Of a DNA stretch of 64,000 nt, positions 52,169-62,125 are shown piece by piece. Made by a program: the position numbers and the translations under genes. Below the pieces are notes generated by a model. It worked only from the letters and a program-made list of their open reading frames with translations, was not told the DNA's origin and searched no databases. How positions within the stretch are numbered: the first letter of the stretch is position 1; each line of letters opens with the position of its first letter. The stretch spans positions 1 to 64,000 of the forward strand of contig JBBSQY010000002.1 in NCBI GenBank assembly GCA_038243585.1, in the 5' to 3' direction. This DNA is from Candidatus Sumerlaeales bacterium. GTDB lineage: Bacteria; Sumerlaeota; Sumerlaeia; Sumerlaeales; Sumerlaeaceae.

Positions 52169-52271
52169 GTAAAAACAGAACTTTTAAATCTACTAATACC
52201 AAACCTGCGCAGATTTGCGGAAGAGTCAACCATCGAAAAAGTTAAGTCGGCATGAAGGGCAAGCGCAGGCG

Positions 52272-52307
52272 AAAAAAAGGGCGCGGCCTGAGGATACAGG
52301 CCGCGCC
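52272..52307 (-). terminator. Intrinsic terminator
   Basis: GGCGCGGCCTG...CAGGCCGCGCC with an A7 tract on the + strand. Confidence 0.8.
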
Positions 52308-52329
52308 ATTAGATACATATTCCGTGATG

Positions 52330-54465
52330 TTAGAAAAGCGGAACTATTCGCACCGCATCGGCAACAACAACAAACCCTGCGGTAGTCCAACACGACAGCT
52401 TCACGTTTTTAGCGCCTGTCGATAACGTTTGGGTTCCCAGTGTTTGCCATGCTCCGCCTCCGCCCTGCTGATTCTTCTGCACACTTCCGCCGTTGGGCAT
52501 AACATATGACGCTGCTGCTGCCCTGTTTGATCCTGCGGTCCACCAGGCGTCTACCCGATAGCTGCCGGCCTGCGTGATAGTAAAGTTCCATGTCGCTGCA
52601 TCGCTTACTGCCTGCGTTGAACGAAACCGGTAATTACTGCCGTATTTATCAGAGGCAGATGTTCCAGAGCTCCAGCTTGAGGAGGCGGAAAAGCCGCTAT
52701 CCGTATTATCCACAATTATCGTGGGCGGAGGAACATTTTGAGTCTGCCGACACCAGATATAGCAGTGAACGGTGTTCATGTTCGAATAGCCGTTATTGTA
52801 GCCGGGCCAATCATAACGCGCCATACGACCATCGTTGCTTGGGTATGAGCCTGTGTTCTTGTTTCCATAGGGATCATTAAAGATCAATGTATGCTGGTTT
52901 TTCACGTAGCCAATGCAAAGAGGATAGTGACCGGCAGAAGTGATGCTGGTCAGAATGACGAACGGGTAATTATTGTCAATGTCCGTACGTGCCTTCGCTA
53001 TGGTGGGGCTCCAGTCTACGGCACTGGAGGGGCCGTGCTGGTTTATAAAATCTCGCATATACCCCTTCGTATCAACCCAGTTATTTCGGGTTATGTAGCC
53101 AAAACCACCGCGACCGGTAGTTCCGTTCGGGTCTTGCGACGTTGCGCTGTAGGTGTTGCCGTTGAAAGTATACTGGTTCGGGATATACCATCCGTAATCG
53201 CTGTTGTGAGGGGTCGGCCATGATGATGTCATTGGGTGCTTGGGTAGTATGTTATAGTATTGAATGCCCATCAATGCCGCTGCGGCGTTGCAGCTTGAAT
53301 TGCCGTTCCACCAGTCAGGGGTATCATTGTTCTGGTGGATATAGGGGACATTGCTGAGATAAACGGTCGAGCCCGTGTCCACAACGGAATTGGCCTGAAC
53401 CGTTTCAGGTTGCACTACGGCGACCTTTAGAGAAGAGGCCTTAGAAGCATCAGATGCCTCGTCCAGTTGGACTGAAACTGACTCTGTCCATGCCTGCCCG
53501 TCAGAAGCCAGTCCAACTTGAAGCGCATTTGAAGCGACTCGAGCGCTTGCGCCAGGTGCGGCTGTGGCGGAAAAGGCGACAGCCACGCCGTTTGCCGTGG
53601 CAACCGCATCACCGGCAGTCGTAGCTAGAACGCCTTTGCTTTTGCCAGAAATTTTTACCGCTATAAGATCGCTACGCGTTACCGAGACTCCGTCAATTAC
53701 CGTTTTGTCCGTGTAGGCAATGGTTGAATCATCCAGCCACGAGGGATTGGAACCTATGCCTAAAATTTTCACTTTTGACCTGTTCTTTTTGACCACGGCA
53801 ACATCACCAGTTACGGTCTGCACTAAAAGATTTTTTCCATTTGGAGAGAAGATGGGGCCAAAATACGATGCCTTGTTATCTGTCGCCTTTTTACGCTTTC
53901 CAGTTTTTACATCAATGATAATAATCTGATCCGCCTCGTCGTTGTAGGCGATTCTGTTTCCGTCACCGGAAATGGCCAGCAGATTAACATGATGCCCCAG
54001 GTCGAAAGTCGCAACAATGCTGCCATCCGCCGCTTGTACACTAAGTTCATTTTCTACTGTATAAGCGATGCGTCCACTATCGCTGATTGCGGGGGTGCCG
54101 GCAAGAGCAGACGTCGCTAAAAGCGTTGTTTTGTCTGCGGCGGAATCGTATAAAGCCGGACTTTGTAAGCCATTTTCCGCGTTAATGGATTTAAACGCCA
54201 CAAGGCTTGAATTAGCCGAAATAGATGCGCCATAACCTGCCGTGGAGCCGCCGCTGACCTTGTGAACTTTTCCTGAAAGCGTATTCATCAGGTGAAGTTC
54301 CTGCCCGTTGCCGTTGGTGACTAATAAGTGACCGGAGTCCGGGGAAATTGCAACAGGACGAGCGACAGAAGATGCCATAGCAACGTCTGCTCCGCCGCAC
54401 CATGCGGCACCTGCAAAAACTGAAACAGCACCGATTACTACACCTCTTGATAAAATGTTAACCAT
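52330..54465 (-). CDS. Secreted TolB-like beta-propeller + C39-like peptidase + golvesin-like domain
   Basis: SPD/SPN propeller repeats; YIHQ..SSCNAA, GHY, NDPYG; C-terminal IVDN...ADAVR; RBS AAGGA. Confidence 0.8.
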   Translation of the reverse strand: MVNILSRGVVIGAVSVFAGAAWCGGADVAMASSVARPVAISPDSGHLLVTNGNGQELHLMNTLSGKVHKVSGGSTAGYGASISANSSLVAFKSINAENGLQSPALYDSAADKTTLLATSALAGTPAISDSGRIAYTVENELSVQAADGSIVATFDLGHHVNLLAISGDGNRIAYNDEADQIIIIDVKTGKRKKATDNKASYFGPIFSPNGKNLLVQTVTGDVAVVKKNRSKVKILGIGSNPSWLDDSTIAYTDKTVIDGVSVTRSDLIAVKISGKSKGVLATTAGDAVATANGVAVAFSATAAPGASARVASNALQVGLASDGQAWTESVSVQLDEASDASKASSLKVAVVQPETVQANSVVDTGSTVYLSNVPYIHQNNDTPDWWNGNSSCNAAAALMGIQYYNILPKHPMTSSWPTPHNSDYGWYIPNQYTFNGNTYSATSQDPNGTTGRGGFGYITRNNWVDTKGYMRDFINQHGPSSAVDWSPTIAKARTDIDNNYPFVILTSITSAGHYPLCIGYVKNQHTLIFNDPYGNKNTGSYPSNDGRMARYDWPGYNNGYSNMNTVHCYIWCRQTQNVPPPTIIVDNTDSGFSASSSWSSGTSASDKYGSNYRFRSTQAVSDAATWNFTITQAGSYRVDAWWTAGSNRAAAASYVMPNGGSVQKNQQGGGGAWQTLGTQTLSTGAKNVKLSCWTTAGFVVVADAVRIVPLF

Positions 54466-54986
54466 TACAGATTTTTCCTTCCTTAAGAAAGCAAGGGTTT
54501 CCAAAGCCGCTGTGCAAAGGCCGATCGGGAAATCAGCTGTGGCTATGGCCAATCATAATTGTTAGGGTAACTTACGACGATCGCGTGGTCGAAAAATTAT
54601 TTTGTCTGGCGCCTCCATGAGCAAAAAGATTAGATCGGAGTTCGTGCTAGCAGAAAATGCCCCAATCGTTTATTGCGTACATTGTTCCATACATAAGGGA
54701 ATCGACAAGCCATATGAGCGACAGTCAACCTCAACGATTACGATTTTGTCAAAATTTACAACAAATTGCTAATTCGGAACCAACCTACCCTTTTACACGA
54801 CTGTCGGATATTTCCGCTGCTCATCATAATTAGGCACATCATACTTTCATATAGTTGCTTTTGATTACTCGAGCAAGCAGGTGCGTTTCCGGTTGCGTTT
54901 TTTCCAACGAGATACTTTTTTCTTTTATAACTGTCAAAAGTCATGTCTTACATATTACCCACCTCAACAGCCGAAGGAATTGCCCC

Positions 54987-55673
54987 ATGAACGTTTTAAA
55001 TGCTGCCCTAGTTGCTGCCACCATAGCCGTCGCCGTAGCCGGATCCTCGCCGGCATTTGCTCAACACACCAGCACCACGTTATCGCATGCCGCGGTCTCA
55101 ACCACCACGGCCGACAAAGAGTGGATTAGCCTGTGGGACGGGAAGACCTTCGATAACTGGAAGATCTCCGAACCGCAGCACGAGGCCTGGAGCATAAAAG
55201 ACGGAAGCATCGTGGCCCAGGGAAACCGCAGCCACCTTTTTTATACGGGCGACCACCAGCCGTTTAAGAACTTTGAGCTTCAAATGGATGTTAAAACCAC
55301 CTCTGGCTCCAATGGCGGCGTTTTCATTCACACACAGTGGCAAGACGAAAATTGGCCGAAGCACGGCTACGAAATCCAGGTCGACCAGACCCATAGCGAC
55401 TGGCGCCGCAGCGGCAGCATCTATGAGGTCAGCAATGTCAAAGAGACCTATGTCAAAGACGACGAATGGTACTCAATGCATATCACGGTAAATGGCAAAC
55501 ACATCATGGTAGAACTAAACGACCAGGTTGTGACCGACTGGACGGAAGAAGCGGATCGCCAGCCCGGCGAGGACTTCACCCGCATCCTCACCTCCGGCAC
55601 AATAGCGCTCCAGGCCCACGATCCAAAAAGCATAGTGAAATACAAAAACATCAAAATTAAACCGCTGGACTAG
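54987..55673 (+). CDS. DUF1080 (3-keto-disaccharide hydrolase-like) secreted protein
   Basis: WISLWDGK, NGGVF, GYEIQ, GSIY, GTIALQAHD, KNIKIK. Confidence 0.9.
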   Translation: MNVLNAALVAATIAVAVAGSSPAFAQHTSTTLSHAAVSTTTADKEWISLWDGKTFDNWKISEPQHEAWSIKDGSIVAQGNRSHLFYTGDHQPFKNFELQMDVKTTSGSNGGVFIHTQWQDENWPKHGYEIQVDQTHSDWRRSGSIYEVSNVKETYVKDDEWYSMHITVNGKHIMVELNDQVVTDWTEEADRQPGEDFTRILTSGTIALQAHDPKSIVKYKNIKIKPLD

Positions 55674-56245
55674 TCTGATTGGGCGGTTCCCGTGCGAAAG
55701 ATATCACCCCGTGACAATGTCCCGTTGGTGGCATTGTAGGTCCACGACGGTGCCTCTATGAGCCCGCCGTTCATATACCCGTTACGCACGGAATTTCCTT
55801 CGCTCACCCCATCGGGTCCTCGGCTCCGAAGCAGCCAGCGGTGGGTCGGCACCGCCGGCATCAAGGCATGGTTGTTTGGAAAGCTCCGGAAGTTTGTGTA
55901 TGAAATCCAGTCTCCAGCGCTGCCGGCCGTCGACTCGGTAAAACGATAAAAAGGATCACGTCCCGGAATAGTAGCAAGATATGCAACAGGAGTGGTTAAA
56001 TAAAAATATCGATCAGGATATTCCACTTCGCTACCGTCTGTCAGACGGTGGGGAGGATACGCATTATTATCCGCAGAGTAAATTTCGATAGCGCCAGCCA
56101 ACGTTCGAATATCCGATTTTACCGCACTTATTTTGGCTCGGGTCTGAGCCTCTAGAAAATTAGGAACCGCGATAGCAGCCAAAATAGCGATAATAGCGAC
56201 CACAATCAGTAGTTCAATAAGAGTAAACGCCCTACGAAATTTCAT
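55670..56245 (-). CDS. Type IV pilin/GspG-like prepilin protein
   Basis: RAFTLIELLIVVAIIAILAAIAVPNF N-methylation motif; LTTPVAY, SRGPD, YNATNGTLSRGDI. Confidence 0.9.
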   Translation of the reverse strand: MKFRRAFTLIELLIVVAIIAILAAIAVPNFLEAQTRAKISAVKSDIRTLAGAIEIYSADNNAYPPHRLTDGSEVEYPDRYFYLTTPVAYLATIPGRDPFYRFTESTAGSAGDWISYTNFRSFPNNHALMPAVPTHRWLLRSRGPDGVSEGNSVRNGYMNGGLIEAPSWTYNATNGTLSRGDIFRTGTAQSD

Positions 56246-56256
56246 AACTTGTCATG

Positions 56257-57663
56257 TTAACCAAGTTTAACATGGACCGCTGTTGGCGGCTTTTCGACTC
56301 TTTTTTCAATTTCGGCTTCCTTAGTCTTCTCACTGCTTTTCTTCGCTGTATACATTGCTTCGTCTGCATGCTTAAGAAGGCGTCCAGCTTCCTCCCCGTG
56401 CTCTGGAAACAAGGCAATCCCGATACTCGGCTCTACACAAATTGTAAAATCGCCGAACGTAACCGGTTCACTAACAGCGCCGCGAATTTTTTCCGAAACT
56501 ATATTGGCACACTGTGGACATATGATATCTTCCAGCAAAACAACAAACTCATCGCCTCCCATTCGGGCTACTGTGTCCGAATCCCGCAGACATTTCTTTA
56601 TACGAATTGCTACTTTCTGCAACAACATGTCGCCCGCCTCGTGACCATGCAAATCGTTAACCTGCTTAAATTCGTTCAGATCAATATACAAGACAGCCAT
56701 ATGTCCATGTCTTCGCCGATGAGTTCTAGACAACATCCTCTCCAGACGATCATGTAGAAGCGCCCGATTTGGCAGACCAGTCAGTTTGTCATGGTGTGCC
56801 ATATGTTGGAGACGTGAGTGCATCTTCTTTCGCTCAATCGCTGTCACCACCTGGGTCGACACGAACTGCACCAGTTCCACATCCTTTTCCGTATAACACG
56901 AAACGCCCGCGTCGCTTTTTAAGATCAATGCTCCAATTGTGATTTTGTTGGATGTTAGAGGAACGCCCATCCAGCATAACGCGTTGCAGCCGCTCACGGC
57001 GTGCAATTTTTCAGGAATGTCCTGCAAAGAGTTGGGGGTCAGTAACAGCGCCTGACCCGTTTCAATTATCTCTGCGCAAAATGCGCTCGTGGCCTGCACG
57101 TGAGGCGCATGCGGCACTTCTTCTTCGTCCATCTGGTAGGGATAAGTCAGAGCATCCGTGTCTTCATCATACAGTGCCACCGAAAGGCTTGTAACCGGCA
57201 GAAGCTTTCCGATAATCTGATGAATCAGATGAAACAATGCCTTCAGATCTTCTGCCGCGTGCGCCGCCTCGGAAATGGCGTAAACCGCAGCCTGCAGTGA
57301 CTCCGCCTGTTTGCGCGCCGTGATGTCCCGCGCAACAGCAATTCTTAAATGATCAACCTCTGACCACCGCGCCGACCACATGATGTGCACCACTTGCCCG
57401 TCTTTGCGAACGTACCTGTTTTCAAACGTAAACCTTGGATCTCCCGACATAATCTCACCGGCTGCCTCCAGCGTACGCTCCCGGTCATCCGGGGCCACAA
57501 GATCGATCATCTGAGTACCGATAACTTCCTCCGGCGAATACCCAAATATCTGTTCAAATGCAGCGCTCACAAATACAAAGCGACCTTCAGCATCGACGAC
57601 ACAGACCGCCTCAAGCAACAGGTCCAAAAAACCGGTTAAAGGCTCAAAATCTCCGATTTTCAT
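56257..57663 (-). CDS. PAS-GAF-GGDEF diguanylate cyclase
   Basis: PAS/PAC (ARDIT), GAF, DKLTGLPNR, RDSD I-site, GGDEF. Confidence 0.93.
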   Translation of the reverse strand: MKIGDFEPLTGFLDLLLEAVCVVDAEGRFVFVSAAFEQIFGYSPEEVIGTQMIDLVAPDDRERTLEAAGEIMSGDPRFTFENRYVRKDGQVVHIMWSARWSEVDHLRIAVARDITARKQAESLQAAVYAISEAAHAAEDLKALFHLIHQIIGKLLPVTSLSVALYDEDTDALTYPYQMDEEEVPHAPHVQATSAFCAEIIETGQALLLTPNSLQDIPEKLHAVSGCNALCWMGVPLTSNKITIGALILKSDAGVSCYTEKDVELVQFVSTQVVTAIERKKMHSRLQHMAHHDKLTGLPNRALLHDRLERMLSRTHRRRHGHMAVLYIDLNEFKQVNDLHGHEAGDMLLQKVAIRIKKCLRDSDTVARMGGDEFVVLLEDIICPQCANIVSEKIRGAVSEPVTFGDFTICVEPSIGIALFPEHGEEAGRLLKHADEAMYTAKKSSEKTKEAEIEKRVEKPPTAVHVKLG

Positions 57664-57890
57664 AAATAACAATAATCCCTATTAATGGCAACACGCATCT
57701 TCCAACAGAACTTGCAGAACCATCTAGACTTTTCTATCAATCCCCTTTCACCTCCGCAATCATAATCGTATCTTTGGTAATATAGATAATACCTGACCGT
57801 TCCGTAGCCGCTATTTGCATCAGCACTAAATGTTTCCACCATAACACTATAACTGAACCTGAACAATCCAAATCCTTGGAGAAGCGCCCC

Positions 57891-59051
57891 ATGTCTCTAG
57901 TCGCCGATCAGCCAACCAAAACTTTCAGCCCCGCCGCCCGCGCCCTCCCTTCCTTTATGGAAGACCAGGTGCGCCACGCTGGTCTCGGGAGCATTTACGA
58001 CAAGGTTCTGGCGGGGGAGCGGCTTTCCCGTGAGGACGGGCTAACTCTCTTCGCCGCCCGCGAGCTCAACCTTGTCGGCGCTCTGGCAAACATTGTCCGC
58101 GAGCGTAAAAACGGCGATATCACCTATTTCAATCGTAACCTCCACATCAACTACACCAACATCTGCAACAAGCAGTGCCTCTTTTGCGCCTTCGATCGTC
58201 TGCCCGGCGAAGAGGGCGGCTACGTCATGTACGAGGCGGAAATCCAAGAGCGTTTCAGCCGCTGGGAGGGCATCCCCATCAGCGAGGTTCACATGGTTGC
58301 CGGCATCCACCCGCGGCTGCCGTTCGAGTATTATACCGATCTGCTGCGCATGGTGAAACGCATTCGCCCCGACATCCACATCAAAGCATTTACCATGATC
58401 GAGCTGGCCCAGATGGCCCGCAAGGCCCAGTTGCCCCTGGAAGAGACGATAATGCTGCTGAAAGAGGCCGGCTTGGACAGTTGCCCCGGCGGCGGCTGCG
58501 AAGTCCTCAGCGACCGCGTCCACAAAGAACTGTTTCGCCTGAAACTGAAGCCGGAGCAATGGCTGGAAACCCAGCGGATGGTGCACAAATGCGGCCTCCG
58601 CAGCAACGCCACCATGCTGTACGGTCACATCGAGACAATGGAAGAGCGCGTGGAACACTTTGAGAAGCTGCGCGAATTACAGGATGAAACCGGCGGCTTT
58701 CAGACTTTTATCCCGCTGGCCTTTCACCCGGATAACACGGAAATCAGCCACCTGCCGCCGACCACGGGCTTCGACGACTTAAAAGTCATCGCCGTATCGC
58801 GCCTGATGCTGGACAATTTCCCCCACATTAAAGGCTACTGGACCATGATCAGCCCCCGCCTGGCCCAGGTGTCTCTCAGTTACGGCTCCGACGACATGGA
58901 CGGCACCATTCTGGAAGAAAAAATCACCCACGAGGCCGGTGCCCTTACCCCCCAAAGCCTGACGCTGGAATACTTCGTTCGTCTCATAAAAGAAGCCGGT
59001 CGAATCCCCGTAGAGCGGGACACCTTGTACAATGAACTGGGGCGGTTCTAA
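57891..59051 (+). CDS. mqnE: Aminofutalosine synthase (radical SAM, CofH/MqnE family)
   Basis: TNICNKQCLFCAF, NATMLYGHIE, LQDETGGF, FIPLAFHP, HIKGYW, PVERDTLY. Confidence 0.88.
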   Translation: MSLVADQPTKTFSPAARALPSFMEDQVRHAGLGSIYDKVLAGERLSREDGLTLFAARELNLVGALANIVRERKNGDITYFNRNLHINYTNICNKQCLFCAFDRLPGEEGGYVMYEAEIQERFSRWEGIPISEVHMVAGIHPRLPFEYYTDLLRMVKRIRPDIHIKAFTMIELAQMARKAQLPLEETIMLLKEAGLDSCPGGGCEVLSDRVHKELFRLKLKPEQWLETQRMVHKCGLRSNATMLYGHIETMEERVEHFEKLRELQDETGGFQTFIPLAFHPDNTEISHLPPTTGFDDLKVIAVSRLMLDNFPHIKGYWTMISPRLAQVSLSYGSDDMDGTILEEKITHEAGALTPQSLTLEYFVRLIKEAGRIPVERDTLYNELGRF

Positions 59052-59054
59052 GAA

Positions 59055-59186
59055 GTAGCATAGGCGTCCCGCCTGTGTAGTCCCCGGCTGCACAAAAACG
59101 CTTAGCAATTCACCAATCCCCGCACGACCGCAACGTCGGCGACTTCTGAGAAAATCGCAGCTACACAGGCGAGACGCCTATGCTAC
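59055..59186. repeat. REPIN/MITE-like element (family C), copy 1
   Basis: GTAGCATAGGCGTCCCGCCTGTGTAG ... CTACACAGGCGAGACGCCTATGCTAC terminal inverted repeats. Confidence 0.85.
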
Positions 59187-59396
59187 CTCAAGATTGGCCT
59201 GACACACACAGTTCTACCAAGCTATTTTACTAGTTTCTCCACTGTTTCTCCACAATCACGACGGTCTTCCTGTGGAAAAACCTGTGACTTGATTAATAAA
59301 ATCACGCATCCGAATCTTTCCATTGCGAACCCTTAACCAGACCTGAGTATTGCAACTTGCTGATAGCGTAACGCCGAATCTGGAGCCCCTAAACCC

Positions 59397-60881
59397 GTGT
59401 CTGAAACCTTTACTAAAAGACCCCGCACCCAAGTAGTCGACGCGCAAAAAGGCGCCCGTCCCATGGACGTAGCCCAAAACCTGCCTTACTCGACAGACGC
59501 GGAAAAAGCCGTTCTCGGTGCGATGATACTGGATGTGGAGCAAATAGAACAGGTTCTTGGCGTCGTCAAACCTAACTGTTTTTATCATCGTCGGCACGAA
59601 CTGCTGTTCGAGGCAATTCTTGAACTGCACGAAAAAGGTCAGGCTATTGACTTTACAACGCTGACCACAGAGATGCGCCGTCGCACGCAGCTTGAAGAAG
59701 TCGGCGGTCCTGGCTACATTGTCGGTCTTGAACAGTATGTATTTTCCACGGCGAACGCCCCGGATCACGCCCGCATCGTTTTTCAGAAGCACCAGCTCCG
59801 TGAGCTGATTCGTATCGCTGAAGTCATTCGCGGACAGGCCGAAACGGAAGCCGACGACGTTGGCCTGTTGCTTGACCATGCGGAAAAAATGATTTTTGAT
59901 CTCAGCGAGCAACGGACCACACGCGACTTCCGGGATGTGGGATCGCTAACGGTTGAGACGCTGGAAGAAATTGAACGCCGGAGCAAAATGTCTCATGAGG
60001 TTTCCGGCGTGGCCACCGGGTATTCCGATCTGGACGAGTGGACCGGTGGCCTGCAAGCCAGTGATTTGATCATTCTGGCGGCGCGCCCTTCAGTCGGTAA
60101 AACGGCTCTCGCTTTAAATATGGTGTGCAATATCGGGGCGGGTTTAAGAAACCGTAAAATTGTACCGGAAGCGCGGCGCGGTGTAGGTGTATTTTCTCTT
60201 GAAATGAGCTGCTCGCAGGTCAATATGCGTTTGCTGTCGACCATCAGCACAGTGCCCATGCACAAGATGCGCAGCGGGAAGCTTAATGCCAGCGACCACC
60301 GCCGTATCAACGAGTACGCTGAACTGCTTCATGATGCGCCTATCTACGTTGACGATACGCCTGGCATATCCGTGCTGGAGCTAAGGGCAAAAGCACGGCG
60401 TCTGGCGGCGCGGGTACCTAATCTTTCCTTGATTATTATCGATTACCTCCAGCTTATGCGCGGCAGCGGCTTGCGCAGCGCTGATAATCGGCAGCAGGAA
60501 GTGTCTGAGATATCTCGAAGCCTGAAAGCCCTCGCGCGCGAGCTGAATCTCCCTATCATCGCCCTCAGTCAGCTAAGTCGTATGATTGAACAGCGCAAAG
60601 GAAAGAATTCCCGCCCGATGCTGAGCGATCTGAGAGAATCGGGCGCCATCGAGCAGGACGCCGATGTAGTAATGTTTCTCCACCGCGAAAAAAATTATGA
60701 CAAAAAAGATGGTGATGACGAAGAGCAGCGCACGGCGGATATTACCGCGGAACCGGCTGAACTGATTATCGGTAAACAGCGTAATGGTCCAATAGGAACC
60801 ATTGACCTGGTCTTTTTTCGTCAGACCGCCACCTACCATAACCTGCACCACCAGCCAGGAGACGATGAGCCTGGCTATTAG
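59397..60881 (+). CDS. dnaB: Replicative DNA helicase
   Basis: AEKAVLG, AARPSVGKT, FSLEM, IDYLQLM, LSQLSR, DLRESGAIEQDAD, KQRNGP. Confidence 0.97.
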   Translation: MSETFTKRPRTQVVDAQKGARPMDVAQNLPYSTDAEKAVLGAMILDVEQIEQVLGVVKPNCFYHRRHELLFEAILELHEKGQAIDFTTLTTEMRRRTQLEEVGGPGYIVGLEQYVFSTANAPDHARIVFQKHQLRELIRIAEVIRGQAETEADDVGLLLDHAEKMIFDLSEQRTTRDFRDVGSLTVETLEEIERRSKMSHEVSGVATGYSDLDEWTGGLQASDLIILAARPSVGKTALALNMVCNIGAGLRNRKIVPEARRGVGVFSLEMSCSQVNMRLLSTISTVPMHKMRSGKLNASDHRRINEYAELLHDAPIYVDDTPGISVLELRAKARRLAARVPNLSLIIIDYLQLMRGSGLRSADNRQQEVSEISRSLKALARELNLPIIALSQLSRMIEQRKGKNSRPMLSDLRESGAIEQDADVVMFLHREKNYDKKDGDDEEQRTADITAEPAELIIGKQRNGPIGTIDLVFFRQTATYHNLHHQPGDDEPGY

Positions 60882-60950
60882 CTAGAGAATTACGAATTTG
60901 AAATCAGGGCTAAACGGTAAGTTTTACTATTTTCAGGTAAGGATACTTAT

Positions 60951-61154
60951 ATGAAATATGTCGCTCGCATCTCTATGCTGGAACGCCATCCGGACGGCAC
61001 ATCTCGCAACTTTGAAGTCACTCGAATCGTCGACGGATCTGTAAGCGTAGCCGAACTTATGAAGTGGCGCAACTCGAAGGTTCACGATCCCATAAACGGT
61101 GAATACGCAAGTCGCGAAATTAAGCTGACCCCTGACGATGGCGACGTGGAATAG
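60951..61154 (+). CDS. Small hypothetical protein
   Basis: RBS AAGGA, 67 codons, fills the gap between co-oriented genes. Confidence 0.55.
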   Translation: MKYVARISMLERHPDGTSRNFEVTRIVDGSVSVAELMKWRNSKVHDPINGEYASREIKLTPDDGDVE

Positions 61155-61189
61155 CATTTGCATAGGTTTTAGATAGAGGATTTTACCAG

Positions 61190-61972
61190 ATGTTGTCACC
61201 CGCTGAACTGACAGAATTGAAGAACGCCCGCCACTTGCTGGAAACCGAAGGGCTGGCGGTACGCTTGCAGAATATGGTTGGAAAACCTATAGCCGAAGGC
61301 GTTCGCTGGATGCCGGATAAGTGGCGTGAGAAGGTCAACGGCGCGGCGGAAGTTGCGTTGAGAAAAGCGCTTGATGTCGCCATTGGTAGTCTTGACGCCA
61401 AAGCCACCACTCGAGGCCGTTCAAACGCCAGCCACAAGCTAATGGCCGCAGCCAGCGGCGCTCTGGGAGGGGCGTTTGGCCTTCCCGCTTTAATAATAGA
61501 GCTTCCAGTTTCTACCTCGATCATGATGCGATCCATTGCCGACATCGCTCGAGGTGAAGGAGAAGATATTTCGTCTATCGAATCCCGACTGGCCTGTGTA
61601 GAAGTCTTTGCCCTTGGCGGAACCGGCACTGCAGACGATTACGCAGATACGGGATATTACGCTGTTCGCGCTGTCTTGGCCCAGCAGGTTACGGAAACTA
61701 TTCGTCATCTGGCTCAAGGCGGTGCAGCGCGCGCCTCGGCGTCGCCCATCGCGAAGCTGATCACCAGTATAGCCAGCCGCTTTGGTGTTGTCGTCGGGGA
61801 GAAAGCGCTGGCGGCGTCCGTTCCTATAATTGGGGCAGCCGGAGGAGCAATGATTAACACGATGTTTATTTCACATTTTCAGGATGTGGCGCGGGGTCAT
61901 TTCATCATTCGTCGGCTTGAGCGAACTCACGGGAAAGAAGCCATACAGCGAGCCTACGAAAATTTGAAGTAG
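61190..61972 (+). CDS. EcsC family protein
   Basis: GGAFGLPALIIELPVSTSIMMRSIADIAR, CVEVFALG, YYAVR, VPIIGAAGGA, RRLER. Confidence 0.88.
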   Translation: MLSPAELTELKNARHLLETEGLAVRLQNMVGKPIAEGVRWMPDKWREKVNGAAEVALRKALDVAIGSLDAKATTRGRSNASHKLMAAASGALGGAFGLPALIIELPVSTSIMMRSIADIARGEGEDISSIESRLACVEVFALGGTGTADDYADTGYYAVRAVLAQQVTETIRHLAQGGAARASASPIAKLITSIASRFGVVVGEKALAASVPIIGAAGGAMINTMFISHFQDVARGHFIIRRLERTHGKEAIQRAYENLK

Positions 61973-62098
61973 CATAGTTCTCCAGCCTGTGTACCCAAGA
62001 CTGCACGAAATTTCCAAGCAGTTAAGCATCACGCTTAATCACAACTTGAACCAACTTATGAGAAATCTACGCCTACACAGACGGGACGCCTATGCTGC
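61969..62098. repeat. REPIN/MITE-like element (family C), copy 2
   Basis: GTAGCATAG..GCCTGTGTA ... CTACACAGACGGGACGCCTATGCTGC; interior similar to copy 1. Confidence 0.8.
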
Positions 62099-62125
62099 TT
62101 CAGTTGTGGATACACAGGATGAGAA

